From Aureliella sp. (GTDB taxonomy: Bacteria; Planctomycetota; Planctomycetia; Pirellulales; Pirellulaceae), in NCBI GenBank assembly GCA_963691875.1, contig OY829846.1, forward strand, positions 608,001 to 672,000: DNA of 64,000 bases, read 5' to 3'. Below, in pieces: positions 9,875 through 18,730 of this stretch (its first letter is position 1; each line of letters begins with the position of its first letter). Made by a program: the position numbers and the translations under genes. The notes beneath the pieces are model-generated. The model saw only the letters and a program-made list of their open reading frames with translations. It was not told the DNA's origin and made no database searches.

Positions 9875-11028
9875 ATGGGCAAGATTTACAAGCGTGATAA
9901 TAGTCCTTGTTATTGGATGATTACACAGACCATCGAGGCAAGCGAATTCGCAAGAGCACCGGCTGTCGGGACAAAGCAAACGCTCTAAAGGTGCTCGCTA
10001 AAGTCGAAAGTGATGATTCTCTCGTTCAACACGGGCTAAAGTCCCCCGTATCTGATGCACGCAACGAGCTGTTAGATAAGCATCTGGACGCTTACTACAG
10101 GCAGCTAGCATCGAGTCGCACTAAAAGGTACGCGATTGACGTTCGCGCCCAAATTATTGCAGTTGCCGACTTTGCTGGCTGGGATCGACTATCAGACATT
10201 TCATCAAATAGCTTAGAAGACTGGGTCGTCCATCTGAAAGAAAAGGGACGAGGTTCAAGGACGGTCCGAACCTACATTGGCGCGGTTTGCACATTTTGCA
10301 GCTGGCTCGTTAAACGGAAGTGCTTGATTGTAAATCCAGTGATTGGTGTTGAGAAACCGAAGCTAAAAGCCGGTCGCGTATTCCATCGAAGGATGCTGCT
10401 TGAAGATGAATGGGTCTGGCTTTCGCGGTCGCTCACCTCTAGCGTGGAAACAGTAAACGGATTGAGCGCAAGTGTTCGCCGTTTGCTGTACTGGACTGCT
10501 ATCGAAACAGGATTACGTAGCAACGAACTGCGCAGCCTTGTCAAAGATAACCTCAACTTAAGCAGCAAAGAGCCTCACATTGTCTGCCCAGCAAACGCTA
10601 CCAAGAGCGGAGAACTTGCGCGGCAATTTATTTCAGACCAGCTTGCTGAAGCACTCACACGCCACCTCAAGGCTTTATCAGCGGGTGATGCCTTATTTCC
10701 AGTTGAAGACAGTCTACTCATGGCAAAGGTGCTGGCCGCAGATTTGGCCGATGCGCGGAGGCTATGGGTGGAGGCAGTAAGTGAAGATGAGGTTAAAGCT
10801 AATCCACACTTTTTGCAGCTGAAAAACGGAAGCGGAGAAAAACTAGACTTTCACGCGCTACGACATACCACCGGTGCTTGGCTTGTAAATCGTGGCGTAA
10901 GTTTGCCGGAGGTCCAGCAAATCATGCGGCATTCGACCATCACGCTAACGATTGACCATTACGGACACCTCGCACCAGATGCAGCGAGTAGACATAGGAA
11001 CCTCCTTTCTGCTATTTTTCTGTCGTGA
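9875..11028 (+). CDS. Tyrosine recombinase/integrase with an apparent 1-nt deletion near 9919
   Basis: AGGAG RBS and ATG 9875 give MGKIYKRDNSPCYWM, which continues as DYTDHRGKRIRKSTG in another frame. Catalytic motifs are TGLRSNE, TKSG, HALRHT, MRHS and HYGH. Confidence 0.9.
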
Positions 11029-11273
11029 GTTGTTGACCTGACGCTTGGAATCGTTATCTTCCAACTGTTGGGCGCAAATCCAGCCAAATTGCTTCAGAGA
11101 GAAAGTCAATCCCTGAGTCAACTTAGACCAGGCGCACACTCCGGCACACTGTGTTCCCTCAGTAGAGGTTGAACTGGTGCCAATCCTGACAGTGCCTTGT
11201 AGGCCAGTAGGCAAGCCAATCGTGAAAACTACTTAGGTTCGAGTAGGCGAATGGCCCTAATGGAGCAATTTAG

Positions 11274-11483
11274 ATGAAGAAGTCTTTAAGCACTGAGGCA
11301 AACTCAAAAAAGACAATTGAACAACTCTTAGACACTCCCGCTGTTGCTGCAATCTATCGAATCAGCATACGGAGCGTTCCTCGTTTAGTTGAGGCCGGTG
11401 TCATTCCCCCGCCAATCAGGATTGGTCGCGCCGTTCGTTGGCTTCCCGCCGACATTCGAGCATCTTTTGAACAACTCGGCTAA
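11274..11483 (+). CDS. AlpA/excisionase-like HTH protein
   Basis: 69 aa, downstream of the integrase. LLDTPAVAAIYRIS..LVEAGVIPPPIRIGRAVRW pattern. Confidence 0.8.
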   Translation: MKKSLSTEANSKKTIEQLLDTPAVAAIYRISIRSVPRLVEAGVIPPPIRIGRAVRWLPADIRASFEQLG

Positions 11484-11493
11484 CACCGATCCA

Positions 11494-11646
11494 ATGATCG
11501 CATGGCTGAATTATTGCCAAGAGTGTGGTGCGTCCTGCGCGCTACACCAGCGGCGTTGCAAAAAATGTCAAATCGATCAGGTGCAGGCTTTGGTTCAGTC
11601 GGCACTTGCTGCTGGAATCGTTCTGAAAACGGCAGACAATTTGTAG
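11494..11646 (+). CDS. Small Cys-rich (CxxC..CxxC) hypothetical protein
   Basis: MIAWLNYCQECGASCALHQRRCKKC, directly after the AlpA-like gene. Confidence 0.45.
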   Translation: MIAWLNYCQECGASCALHQRRCKKCQIDQVQALVQSALAAGIVLKTADNL

Positions 11647-11743
11647 AAACAGACGAAGCCAGCCGGGATTCAGGGCCTCGGCTGGCTTCAATATTTCGCG
11701 GTGGAGTCGCCGCATTTCGTGACTGTGTAATGGATTCTAACCA

Positions 11744-12550
11744 ATGGGTCGCATACGAACAATTAAACCGGAATTCCCACAATCCGAATCAATGGGAAAC
11801 GTCTCTCGCGATGCAAGGCTGACCTTCATCCTTCTTTGGACACTCGTTGATGACTCGGGGAGGACTCGCGGCAGTTCGCGAATGCTCGCGAGCCTTCTGT
11901 TTCCTTACGACGAGGACTCGGCGAGCCTTATCGAGGGCTGGTTGGAAGAGCTTGAAGGCCAGAAATGCATCCATCGTTACGTCGTGGATGGAAACCACTA
12001 CTTAGAGGTATCCAATTGGTCCAAGCACCAAAAGATCGACCGAGCAAGCCAACCAAAATATCCCGCAAACCCAGAAAAACAAAGGACTTGCGACGATGTT
12101 GGTGATGACTCGACGAACCCTCGCGAGTCCTCGACGAATACTCGCGAGCCTTCAACGAACCCTCGCGAAAAGTCGCCTAGGATCAAGGACCAAGGAAAGG
12201 GAGAGGATCAAGGAGGACTCGCGAAGGATCGAGGAAAGGAGACGAGCACACACACACTCTCAGGGCAATTCGAATATCTGAATGATCCAAGACTTCAGGA
12301 GCTCTGGACCGACTGGTTGCAGAAGATGCAAAACCAAAAGGTGGATCTCGATCTACCGACTCAAAAGGCACAACTTCAACGCCTATCAAGCGAGAGCCTA
12401 CCACGAGCGAGAGAGGTGCTTGAGTTTTCCCTTTCTAAGCAAACCAAAAGCCTAATATTCGACGGGCCCCGAAACAATTTCGCTCAACGCCAAAGCATGT
12501 TTGAGGAAAGCCACGGCAGGGATGGACAAAAAGTGAGCATGTATGACTGA
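11744..12550 (+). CDS. Phage-type replication initiator (replisome organizer-like)
   Basis: The N-terminus MGRIRTIKPEF..ARLTFILLWTLVDDSGR..NWSKHQKIDR is typical of phage replication proteins. It has a repeat-rich central linker. Confidence 0.75.
   Translation: MGRIRTIKPEFPQSESMGNVSRDARLTFILLWTLVDDSGRTRGSSRMLASLLFPYDEDSASLIEGWLEELEGQKCIHRYVVDGNHYLEVSNWSKHQKIDRASQPKYPANPEKQRTCDDVGDDSTNPRESSTNTREPSTNPREKSPRIKDQGKGEDQGGLAKDRGKETSTHTLSGQFEYLNDPRLQELWTDWLQKMQNQKVDLDLPTQKAQLQRLSSESLPRAREVLEFSLSKQTKSLIFDGPRNNFAQRQSMFEESHGRDGQKVSMYD
12110..12172 (+). repeat. Three tandem 21-bp iteron-like repeats inside the initiator gene
   Basis: TCGACGAACCCTCGCGAGTCC / TCGACGAATACTCGCGAGCCT / TCAACGAACCCTCGCGAAAAG. 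Confidence 0.8.
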
Positions 12551-12655
12551 CCGCAAACAGCAACTCGCGCTTCTGGTTGAATTTGATGCAACCAACTTTC
12601 ACGGAATGCGGTGCGCGTTGAAGGGGTCGCTGAGGTGATACGAACCTTGGCTGAG

Positions 12656-12847
12656 TTAATGACGCTTTTTACTTTTCCAAGTGCCGCCATACTGGTAGTG
12701 AACGTTTCCTGGTCTGGCTAAATCAAGGCATTCCGGACAGAGAAAGATCCAGGGACCATCCTTTTCCGTGCGAACGCGATAGAGGACTTCGTTCGATTGC
12801 TCGCAACGGCAGCATTGTTTCGTGCGAACTCGCTTAATCTTTACCAT
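12656..12847 (-). CDS. Small zinc-ribbon hypothetical protein
   Basis: 63 aa with CCRC..LYRVR..WIFLCPEC..YQYGGTWK. Confidence 0.7.
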   Translation of the reverse strand: MVKIKRVRTKQCCRCEQSNEVLYRVRTEKDGPWIFLCPECLDLARPGNVHYQYGGTWKSKKRH

Positions 12848-13495
12848 GGATTTACATTACGTTCGCGGTGATTTGGTTTGGAACCAGGAAGGAGCAGTGC
12901 CCACCTCGGATCGCGTGAGCTCGACATCGTGTACAGTTGATTGGGTTTTCCAAGCCAACACCATAATATGAACGATGTCGGAGTGGTCCAATTGCCAGGG
13001 GCAGTCACTTCCCTTTTGATCGCCATCGCAAGCGGTCGTGGTGCCATGTGACCAAAGCACTTACTTCGCCTGTGGTAACCTATTCGGCAGTAAGACAACA
13101 CACTTCGATGCCTTGCTAGACCTCATGGTGAGAGTCGCAATTATATCCTGGAGGGGGGGTTTGGAAATGTTAATCGGCCATGACGATTCTACTTATGCTG
13201 GCGGGTGCTGTACGGTCTTGCCTTAAGAATTTATGGTTTAGTCATGCTCACATCTCGGCGAGACTTTTGGGGCAGTGCTTAGGTAGCGGGGGCATTGGAC
13301 GGCAGTGTTTTACCCGAAGAGATAAGGCCGAACGCTTTAGCGAAGCGGATTCACTCGATTGCGGCAGTAGACATCTCTTTGATTGCGACTGTGTGGCAAA
13401 GACAGGAATAAGCTTGAAGGTAGTTTACTTCCAGCAGGTGCTAGTGATAACCATTCAGAGTATGTTCCCTCACCCGTTTCAAAACGAGCAATAAA

Positions 13496-14452
13496 TTGAA
13501 AATCTCAATCATAGGCGTCGGGAATGTGGGCAAGATTGTTGGTTTATTTCTCGCAAGACGAGGTTTAGCCGAAGAAATTGTCTTGTGTGCTCGTGATACT
13601 TCAGTAAGTCAACGCAGAGCCAATGCCGAGGCTTTGGATATTAATCATGCCATCGCCTTTACCGGACATAATCTGACTGTACGTGCGGGTACCACAGAAG
13701 ATACGGATGGCTCCGACATTGTCATATTCGCAGCGAGTGTGCCTAGCCCCTTGGACATGACGGATCGAATGCAACTAGCGCGTGGAAACGCAAAACTTGC
13801 GGAAGAACTGGTTCCGCCTCTGGTTCACCGTAGCCCGGAAGCGATATTTATCAATGTTAGTAACCCACTTGATGTTATTACTTACGAGCTTATTCGCCTG
13901 ACTGGACTCGGATACCGAAAAGTAATTGGCACTGGGACCTTAATAGATTCGGCTAGATTTCGAAGATGCCTTGCAAATAAGCTTGATATTAACGCAATCG
14001 ATATCAACGCTTACGTGATCGGTGAACACGGTCGCACTCAGTTTGCGACTCTTAGTCATGCAACGACTGGTGGAATGAAACTCGACCACGTAATGACCAA
14101 GCTCGTTCACGCAAATTGGCTTGCCGATGCCGAGGCGGAATCGAGAACGGCTGGGTTTGAGATATTTTATGCCCGTGGTTACACGAACTACGCTGTCGCA
14201 ACGGCAGTGGAGATGATTGTTGATGGAGTCGTCCACGATCGCTGCGAAACACTACCTGTGAGTGTCCTCATTGACGGCTTCTGTGGAGCGCGAGGAGTTT
14301 GTCTCTCCGTGCCCTGCGTGGTTGGGCAGGGCGGTATTAAACGACGACTGGCCCCAGAGCTGGACGAGGCGGAAAAAGCGAAATTCCAAGCTAGTGCAGA
14401 ATCAGTTCGTAGCGTGATCGACGACCTAAGAATTGACGAAATTAATCCGTAA
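13496..14452 (+). CDS. L-lactate/malate dehydrogenase-family protein
   Basis: IIGVGNVG Rossmann motif, SNPLD, GTLIDSARFR, GEHG and CLSVPCVVG motifs. TTG start. Confidence 0.9.
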   Translation: MKISIIGVGNVGKIVGLFLARRGLAEEIVLCARDTSVSQRRANAEALDINHAIAFTGHNLTVRAGTTEDTDGSDIVIFAASVPSPLDMTDRMQLARGNAKLAEELVPPLVHRSPEAIFINVSNPLDVITYELIRLTGLGYRKVIGTGTLIDSARFRRCLANKLDINAIDINAYVIGEHGRTQFATLSHATTGGMKLDHVMTKLVHANWLADAEAESRTAGFEIFYARGYTNYAVATAVEMIVDGVVHDRCETLPVSVLIDGFCGARGVCLSVPCVVGQGGIKRRLAPELDEAEKAKFQASAESVRSVIDDLRIDEINP

Positions 14453-14633
14453 AGTGCAGCATAATCTGAATCAGAAAATGTTCGATACAAGAGATTGCTT
14501 TCACGATCAGCTGCACGGCAGCTAAGAGAAATTTGTAATTACGAATTGCACGAGCAGATCGAGAGATATTGTTGCAATTTGGATCTTTTACTTGCGATGA
14601 ACAGGCCTGTCTAAGCTCGCGGAGTACCTCGAC

Positions 14634-15323
14634 TCAAACGATCGTATGTCGTGGAAAGTATCGTATGCCTTCTCGTCTTTGCATGCGAGGCATTACGAGC
14701 GTTCCTGCACCGAGCACGCACCAGATCGCGATCGCCGATGGCTCTGGAACGACTGCTTCACTCGACGACAAAGCGTGTATGTTGTCAATGAACATGATTA
14801 ACGGCGTTGTGTGACTGGATTGTGTTGTTCCGATGTGAAGATTAAGCCCGGTAGTGTTGCGGGCTCCGGGCAGGTTCGTGATCGGGTCGCCCTCACCATC
14901 AATTAGCTTAGGCGTTAATTCAACGCGGCGGTATCCGCCACCGATCGATATCACATTGCTAGCGAGGTATACGACGCTTTCGTCGCCACCATCTTCCTTT
15001 ATCTTGAATCCAGTTGACGAATAATAAAAGTCGATCGTTGGATCTTGGAAGCGGATATCAAAGGTGATCTTAGTAAAATTCGGTTGAGCGGGCCAATCGG
15101 TCTCCCATGCATGAACTATGTGCCAACTATCTCGGTAAGTACCAGAGATCTTTAGAGCGCCGCTACCATCCACGCCTTCACCAGCAGCGAAGGCAACAGA
15201 GAATGGCTCAAATTCATTATTGACCCAATTATCTTGGTCTGCATCGAATTGAAAAATGACGCCGGCGTCAGCGATTGCGACATGCACGGCTAAGATCACG
15301 AGAGTGGAACACAATTTCAACAT
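14634..15323 (-). CDS. PEP-CTERM sorting domain protein
   Basis: Signal peptide. C-terminal VVPEPS followed by a transmembrane helix and basic residues. Confidence 0.85.
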   Translation of the reverse strand: MLKLCSTLVILAVHVAIADAGVIFQFDADQDNWVNNEFEPFSVAFAAGEGVDGSGALKISGTYRDSWHIVHAWETDWPAQPNFTKITFDIRFQDPTIDFYYSSTGFKIKEDGGDESVVYLASNVISIGGGYRRVELTPKLIDGEGDPITNLPGARNTTGLNLHIGTTQSSHTTPLIMFIDNIHALSSSEAVVPEPSAIAIWCVLGAGTLVMPRMQRREGIRYFPRHTIV

Positions 15324-15682
15324 CGAATTTGTTTCCTCCGAAAAACTGTAAGGCTAGGTGTGCGGAAGTTGGTAGTCCATCGAGCGCAACTAAACGTTTT
15401 GCCCGGTTGCTGACTGAGATCACTCTTTTTGAGCCTGGTAAAACTATCATGCTCGCGCTAATCGGGATTCGGTAGAAATTCAAGTAAATGCTGATGTTGC
15501 GCTTCATTTTGGCGTTACTATGGCTAACACCGGGAAGACATATTTGGGCCGATTCTCCTTGAAATAGGCGTCGCTTGTTGGTAGGCCCTACCCGTGAGTC
15601 GGGTCCTTTCCTAGTCGGAAAACGGTACTGCGGTGCCAGTCATCGCGGCACTTTTTCGACACAGTCCGGCGCGAATAGAAAA

Positions 15683-15853
15683 ATGCGAAATCTCGTCAAC
15701 CTTGCCCGCATGATCGAGCGTAAAGCGCAGGCAGCAGCCAGAACCTGCCGGCACTGTGGCAAAACCTTGATCGCTCAACGCTCAACCAGAATTTACTGTT
15801 CGCCTAGGTGCAGATTGAAATCCTGGCGAATCACCCGAAAACCGCAGAAATGA
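15683..15853 (+). CDS. Small zinc-finger protein (CxxC..YCSxxC)
   Basis: TCRHCGK..RIYCSPRCR, a pattern common in mobile elements. Confidence 0.55.
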   Translation: MRNLVNLARMIERKAQAAARTCRHCGKTLIAQRSTRIYCSPRCRLKSWRITRKPQK

Positions 15854-16264
15854 TGCGGTTAGAGTTTCACCTCCTTCAACTGCAACGAGCATCGGTGTCG
15901 CATCCTATCAATTATTAACTAACAAGGCACCGCTCTAGTTGGCTCATCGGAGGTGCAATTCTGACATGGGTAAGCTCGAGCGGCCTATGATGCGGCGGAC
16001 AACCTGTAAGTAGCTAGGGTTGAACGGTTGGTCTTAGTTCAGGCCAGGGGGACTGTTCGGTTTCAGCGGTAAGAACTAATGGTTGATCAATTTTGCTTGC
16101 TATTTGAAGCATCGGGATTATCATGTCCTCGCACTAATCATGCGCTAAATTAAGCGATTCCAATTTAGTTCTATCTATCGATGCACCAGGTAATGACGAT
16201 GGTGTCTCGACACAAAAGCGACTTGACTTCAACCATCCCTTTAGCTCAGGGTCATCCGTACGTG

Positions 16265-17290
16265 ATGCAAAACACCACTCGTATATTCTCAAGAAAAATT
16301 GCTCCGATTGTCTTCACCATTGTTTGTGTGACTCTAGCAAGCAGTTCGCCTTCGTATGGAGGAACGATGACGTTTGGTAGTGGTGACAACACATTCAATA
16401 TGGAATTCGTTACCGTCGGTAACGCGGGTAACGCCGCGGATACAAGCGGAGCGCCCAACCCCGCGGGTGCGGTTGCCTACGACTACCAGATGGGGAAGTA
16501 TGAAGTCAGTCGCGGCATGATTAACGCTTACAACGCAGTCTTTGGGACGCCGTATTCACAGGTGATCACGATGCAAACGGTTCACGGCGATAACAATGCT
16601 GCTGAAGCCGCTGCTGGTATCTCATGGAATGAAGCGGCTCGATTCGTGAACTGGCTAAACACCAGCCAGGGCTTTCAGGCGGCCTACAAGTTTACCACGG
16701 ATGGTGTGAACGACGATATTTCGTTGTGGAGTTCTGCCGAAGCCTCGCAACTGGGTGGCGAAAATCTGTTCCGGCACAAGAACGCGAAATACTGGCTTCC
16801 GAGTATGGACGAGTGGTACAAAGCGGCGTACTACGATCCAAGTACAAATACTTATCGAGAGTTTCCCAGTCTGGACGGTACGGAGCCCACCGCAGTAGCG
16901 TCCGGCACAGCAGATAATACCGCGGTTTACGACAATAGTGACTCTCAAGGCCCTGCCGACATCACTCAGGCTGGCGGGCTGAGTGCCTTTGGGATCATGG
17001 GTTTGGGGGGCAACGTTTGGGAATGGGAAGAAACGAGCTACGACCTGACCAATGATTCACCGACCGAAGATCGAGCGAGGCGTGGCGGCGGCTGGGCCAG
17101 CACGGCCAAGTTCATGAAGTCTTATTTTCGGAGTGGTTTCGACGCAGGGAGGGAGCACGATGAGTACGGCTTCCGCGTCGCAAGTCTTTCCTCGACTGCC
17201 GCAGTACCCGAACCGAGTTCGCTTGTGATCTTCGCGAGTGTCGGTCTGATGGGATTAGCTTATCGAAAAAGAAGGCAGCCTAAGCGATAA
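16265..17290 (+). CDS. FGE-sulfatase (SUMF1-like) domain PEP-CTERM protein
   Basis: FVTVGNAGNAAD, MGKYEVS, LPSMDEWYKAAYY, GGNVWEW and GFRVA motifs, then VPEPS-TM-RKRR. The start is uncertain (16181-16265). Confidence 0.9.
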   Translation: MQNTTRIFSRKIAPIVFTIVCVTLASSSPSYGGTMTFGSGDNTFNMEFVTVGNAGNAADTSGAPNPAGAVAYDYQMGKYEVSRGMINAYNAVFGTPYSQVITMQTVHGDNNAAEAAAGISWNEAARFVNWLNTSQGFQAAYKFTTDGVNDDISLWSSAEASQLGGENLFRHKNAKYWLPSMDEWYKAAYYDPSTNTYREFPSLDGTEPTAVASGTADNTAVYDNSDSQGPADITQAGGLSAFGIMGLGGNVWEWEETSYDLTNDSPTEDRARRGGGWASTAKFMKSYFRSGFDAGREHDEYGFRVASLSSTAAVPEPSSLVIFASVGLMGLAYRKRRQPKR

Positions 17291-17569
17291 ACCTCTTGCT
17301 TCGCATGGAACCTTGGTGTTCTTATTGGAGCCAAGCTAGAAACTGCCCGCAAGCGTGAGTCTCGGCCTAGTTATCGCCGAGGCCACGCTACTGAGTGGGT
17401 TGCACCTGGGGGGTGGGTAAATTCTGACAAGGCAAGTTGCTAGCGACCTATCGTGTGGCGCACACAATTAAGACCTACCAAATACTTTTCTAGGGGGGGG
17501 GGATGACCCAAAAGGCAAGCAAGCCAGGACAACCCCAGAGCGATCTAGCAAGGCGTCTCGCGTGTTGGG

Positions 17570-17695
17570 ATGAAAGATCCGATGAAGAACCATCGCAAAC
17601 GCATGGAAGGCGATACGGATGATCTGAAAGAGCCTGAGTGGGTTGTGGAGCTATCCCAGGCTGAGTTAGAAGAGATTGAGCGAGCTATCGGGTAA
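17570..17695 (+). CDS. Short acidic hypothetical peptide (41 aa)
   Basis: ATG 17570 to TAA 17695 (MKDPMKNH..ELEEIERAIG), ending immediately before the palindrome array. Confidence 0.3.
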   Translation: MKDPMKNHRKRMEGDTDDLKEPEWVVELSQAELEEIERAIG

Positions 17696-18400
17696 ACGCT
17701 TCAGGAAAATTTGCCTGAACGGTTGCTGTTTCCAGATGTTGTAGATCGGCGGTGAACAGTCAGTTGCGTGTGTGGCGAGAGATTGGTCAGGTTTCCCAAG
17801 TTTTGGCAAGTCTGCCATTTCTTGGGTTTGTTGTCGTACCGCCTCTTCTGTTAAACCAGTGAGTTCAGCAGCCTCCTTGTTTGTCCAACCTGCCAACCAC
17901 AGTTCAAAGATTCCTTTCCTACGCGCGTCTTTGGCGTCTCCAAGCAACGATGCAGCATCATCAATTGAGGAAGGGCAATTTTGCCCCTCCTCTTTTTTGC
18001 GATGCTGATTGCTACCGTGTTCTTTGGCACACTCACGATCAAGGGAGTAAGCGCGGGAGTTGCCTCTGTCGGACCTTTCCTCAACTTGGGGAACATTGTT
18101 CCCTAAGTCTGTCCGTTTCCCCTGCTCTTTCATTGCCTCCCGATACATTAGCAACGATGCGACGTCATCAATCAAAGCGCCATTTGGCGCTTTGAAATTT
18201 TTTGATTTACGATCTCCACCCTTTTCTAACGTAGCCAGTTCTGCGGCGACCATGCTTCGCTGAGCTAGTCTAAGGCGGGCTAAGGTACGGCAACGAGATA
18301 GTGGGGGTGACGTTCGAAATAAAACGGTTAGGGTAAATTTACCACAACCGAACAAAGGCAAAGCACGCGACAAAGCAGCGGAGCAAAAGCAGGCGACCTG
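17696..18400. other. Patchwork of six short fragments resembling phage ParB/DNA-methylase-associated genes, each containing a palindrome
   Basis: Palindromes at 17700-17719, 17795-17826, 17967-17992, 18084-18108, 18172-18195 and 18325-18350. Peptide motifs GGDRKS, QGKRTDL, HGSNQH, GKARDKAA and PPIYNIWKQQ. Confidence 0.7.
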
Positions 18401-18717
18401 ACCTACGCCAGGCCGCCAACCCTGACCCGATCCAGTATTAGCAATGTCGGTTCCGCCAAAGCTAATATCTTTAGGCTGGAAGCAATTCTACCTTGGGTTC
18501 TGCTTTCGCTGAGTTCTTGAGCTTCACCATGCGAGTCGATTCAGCAACCTCGAACATCTTCGCGGGATTGATGCGAGCGCTGGTGGCATTTAGGCCGCTA
18601 TGCCGTGACATAAAAAACCACGGCACACCAGCGGCACAGCGGTATCAGCCGAAACACTGAAAACGCATATGACCATTGTTTTCATTGGCTTTCTGACTTG
18701 TGCGACTTACTTTTTTA

Positions 18718-18730
18718 CGGATTCATAATC
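18718..18730 (+). repeat. att core, right copy: CGGATTCATAATC
   Basis: Identical to 9701-9713. Confidence 0.9.

Larger units (their letters stand above)
9701..18730. mobile_element. ~9.0-kb integrative, phage-satellite-like element (integrase, AlpA/Xis-like gene, replication initiator, cargo)
   Basis: 13-bp direct repeats at both ends, a tyrosine integrase next to the left end, and a host gene split exactly at the repeat. No capsid, tail or conjugation genes were recognised. Confidence 0.9.

Noticed and set aside
16265..17290. FGE-sulfatase protein as the target of a diversity-generating retroelement
   Set aside because: I saw no reverse transcriptase and no second copy (template repeat) of the C-terminal region in the window.
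17696..18400. CRISPR or other repeat-spacer array
   Set aside because: The palindromes differ in sequence, the spacing is irregular, and no cas genes are recognisable.
9701..18730. Complete prophage or ICE
   Set aside because: No terminase, capsid, tail, lysis, relaxase or type IV secretion genes are recognisable.
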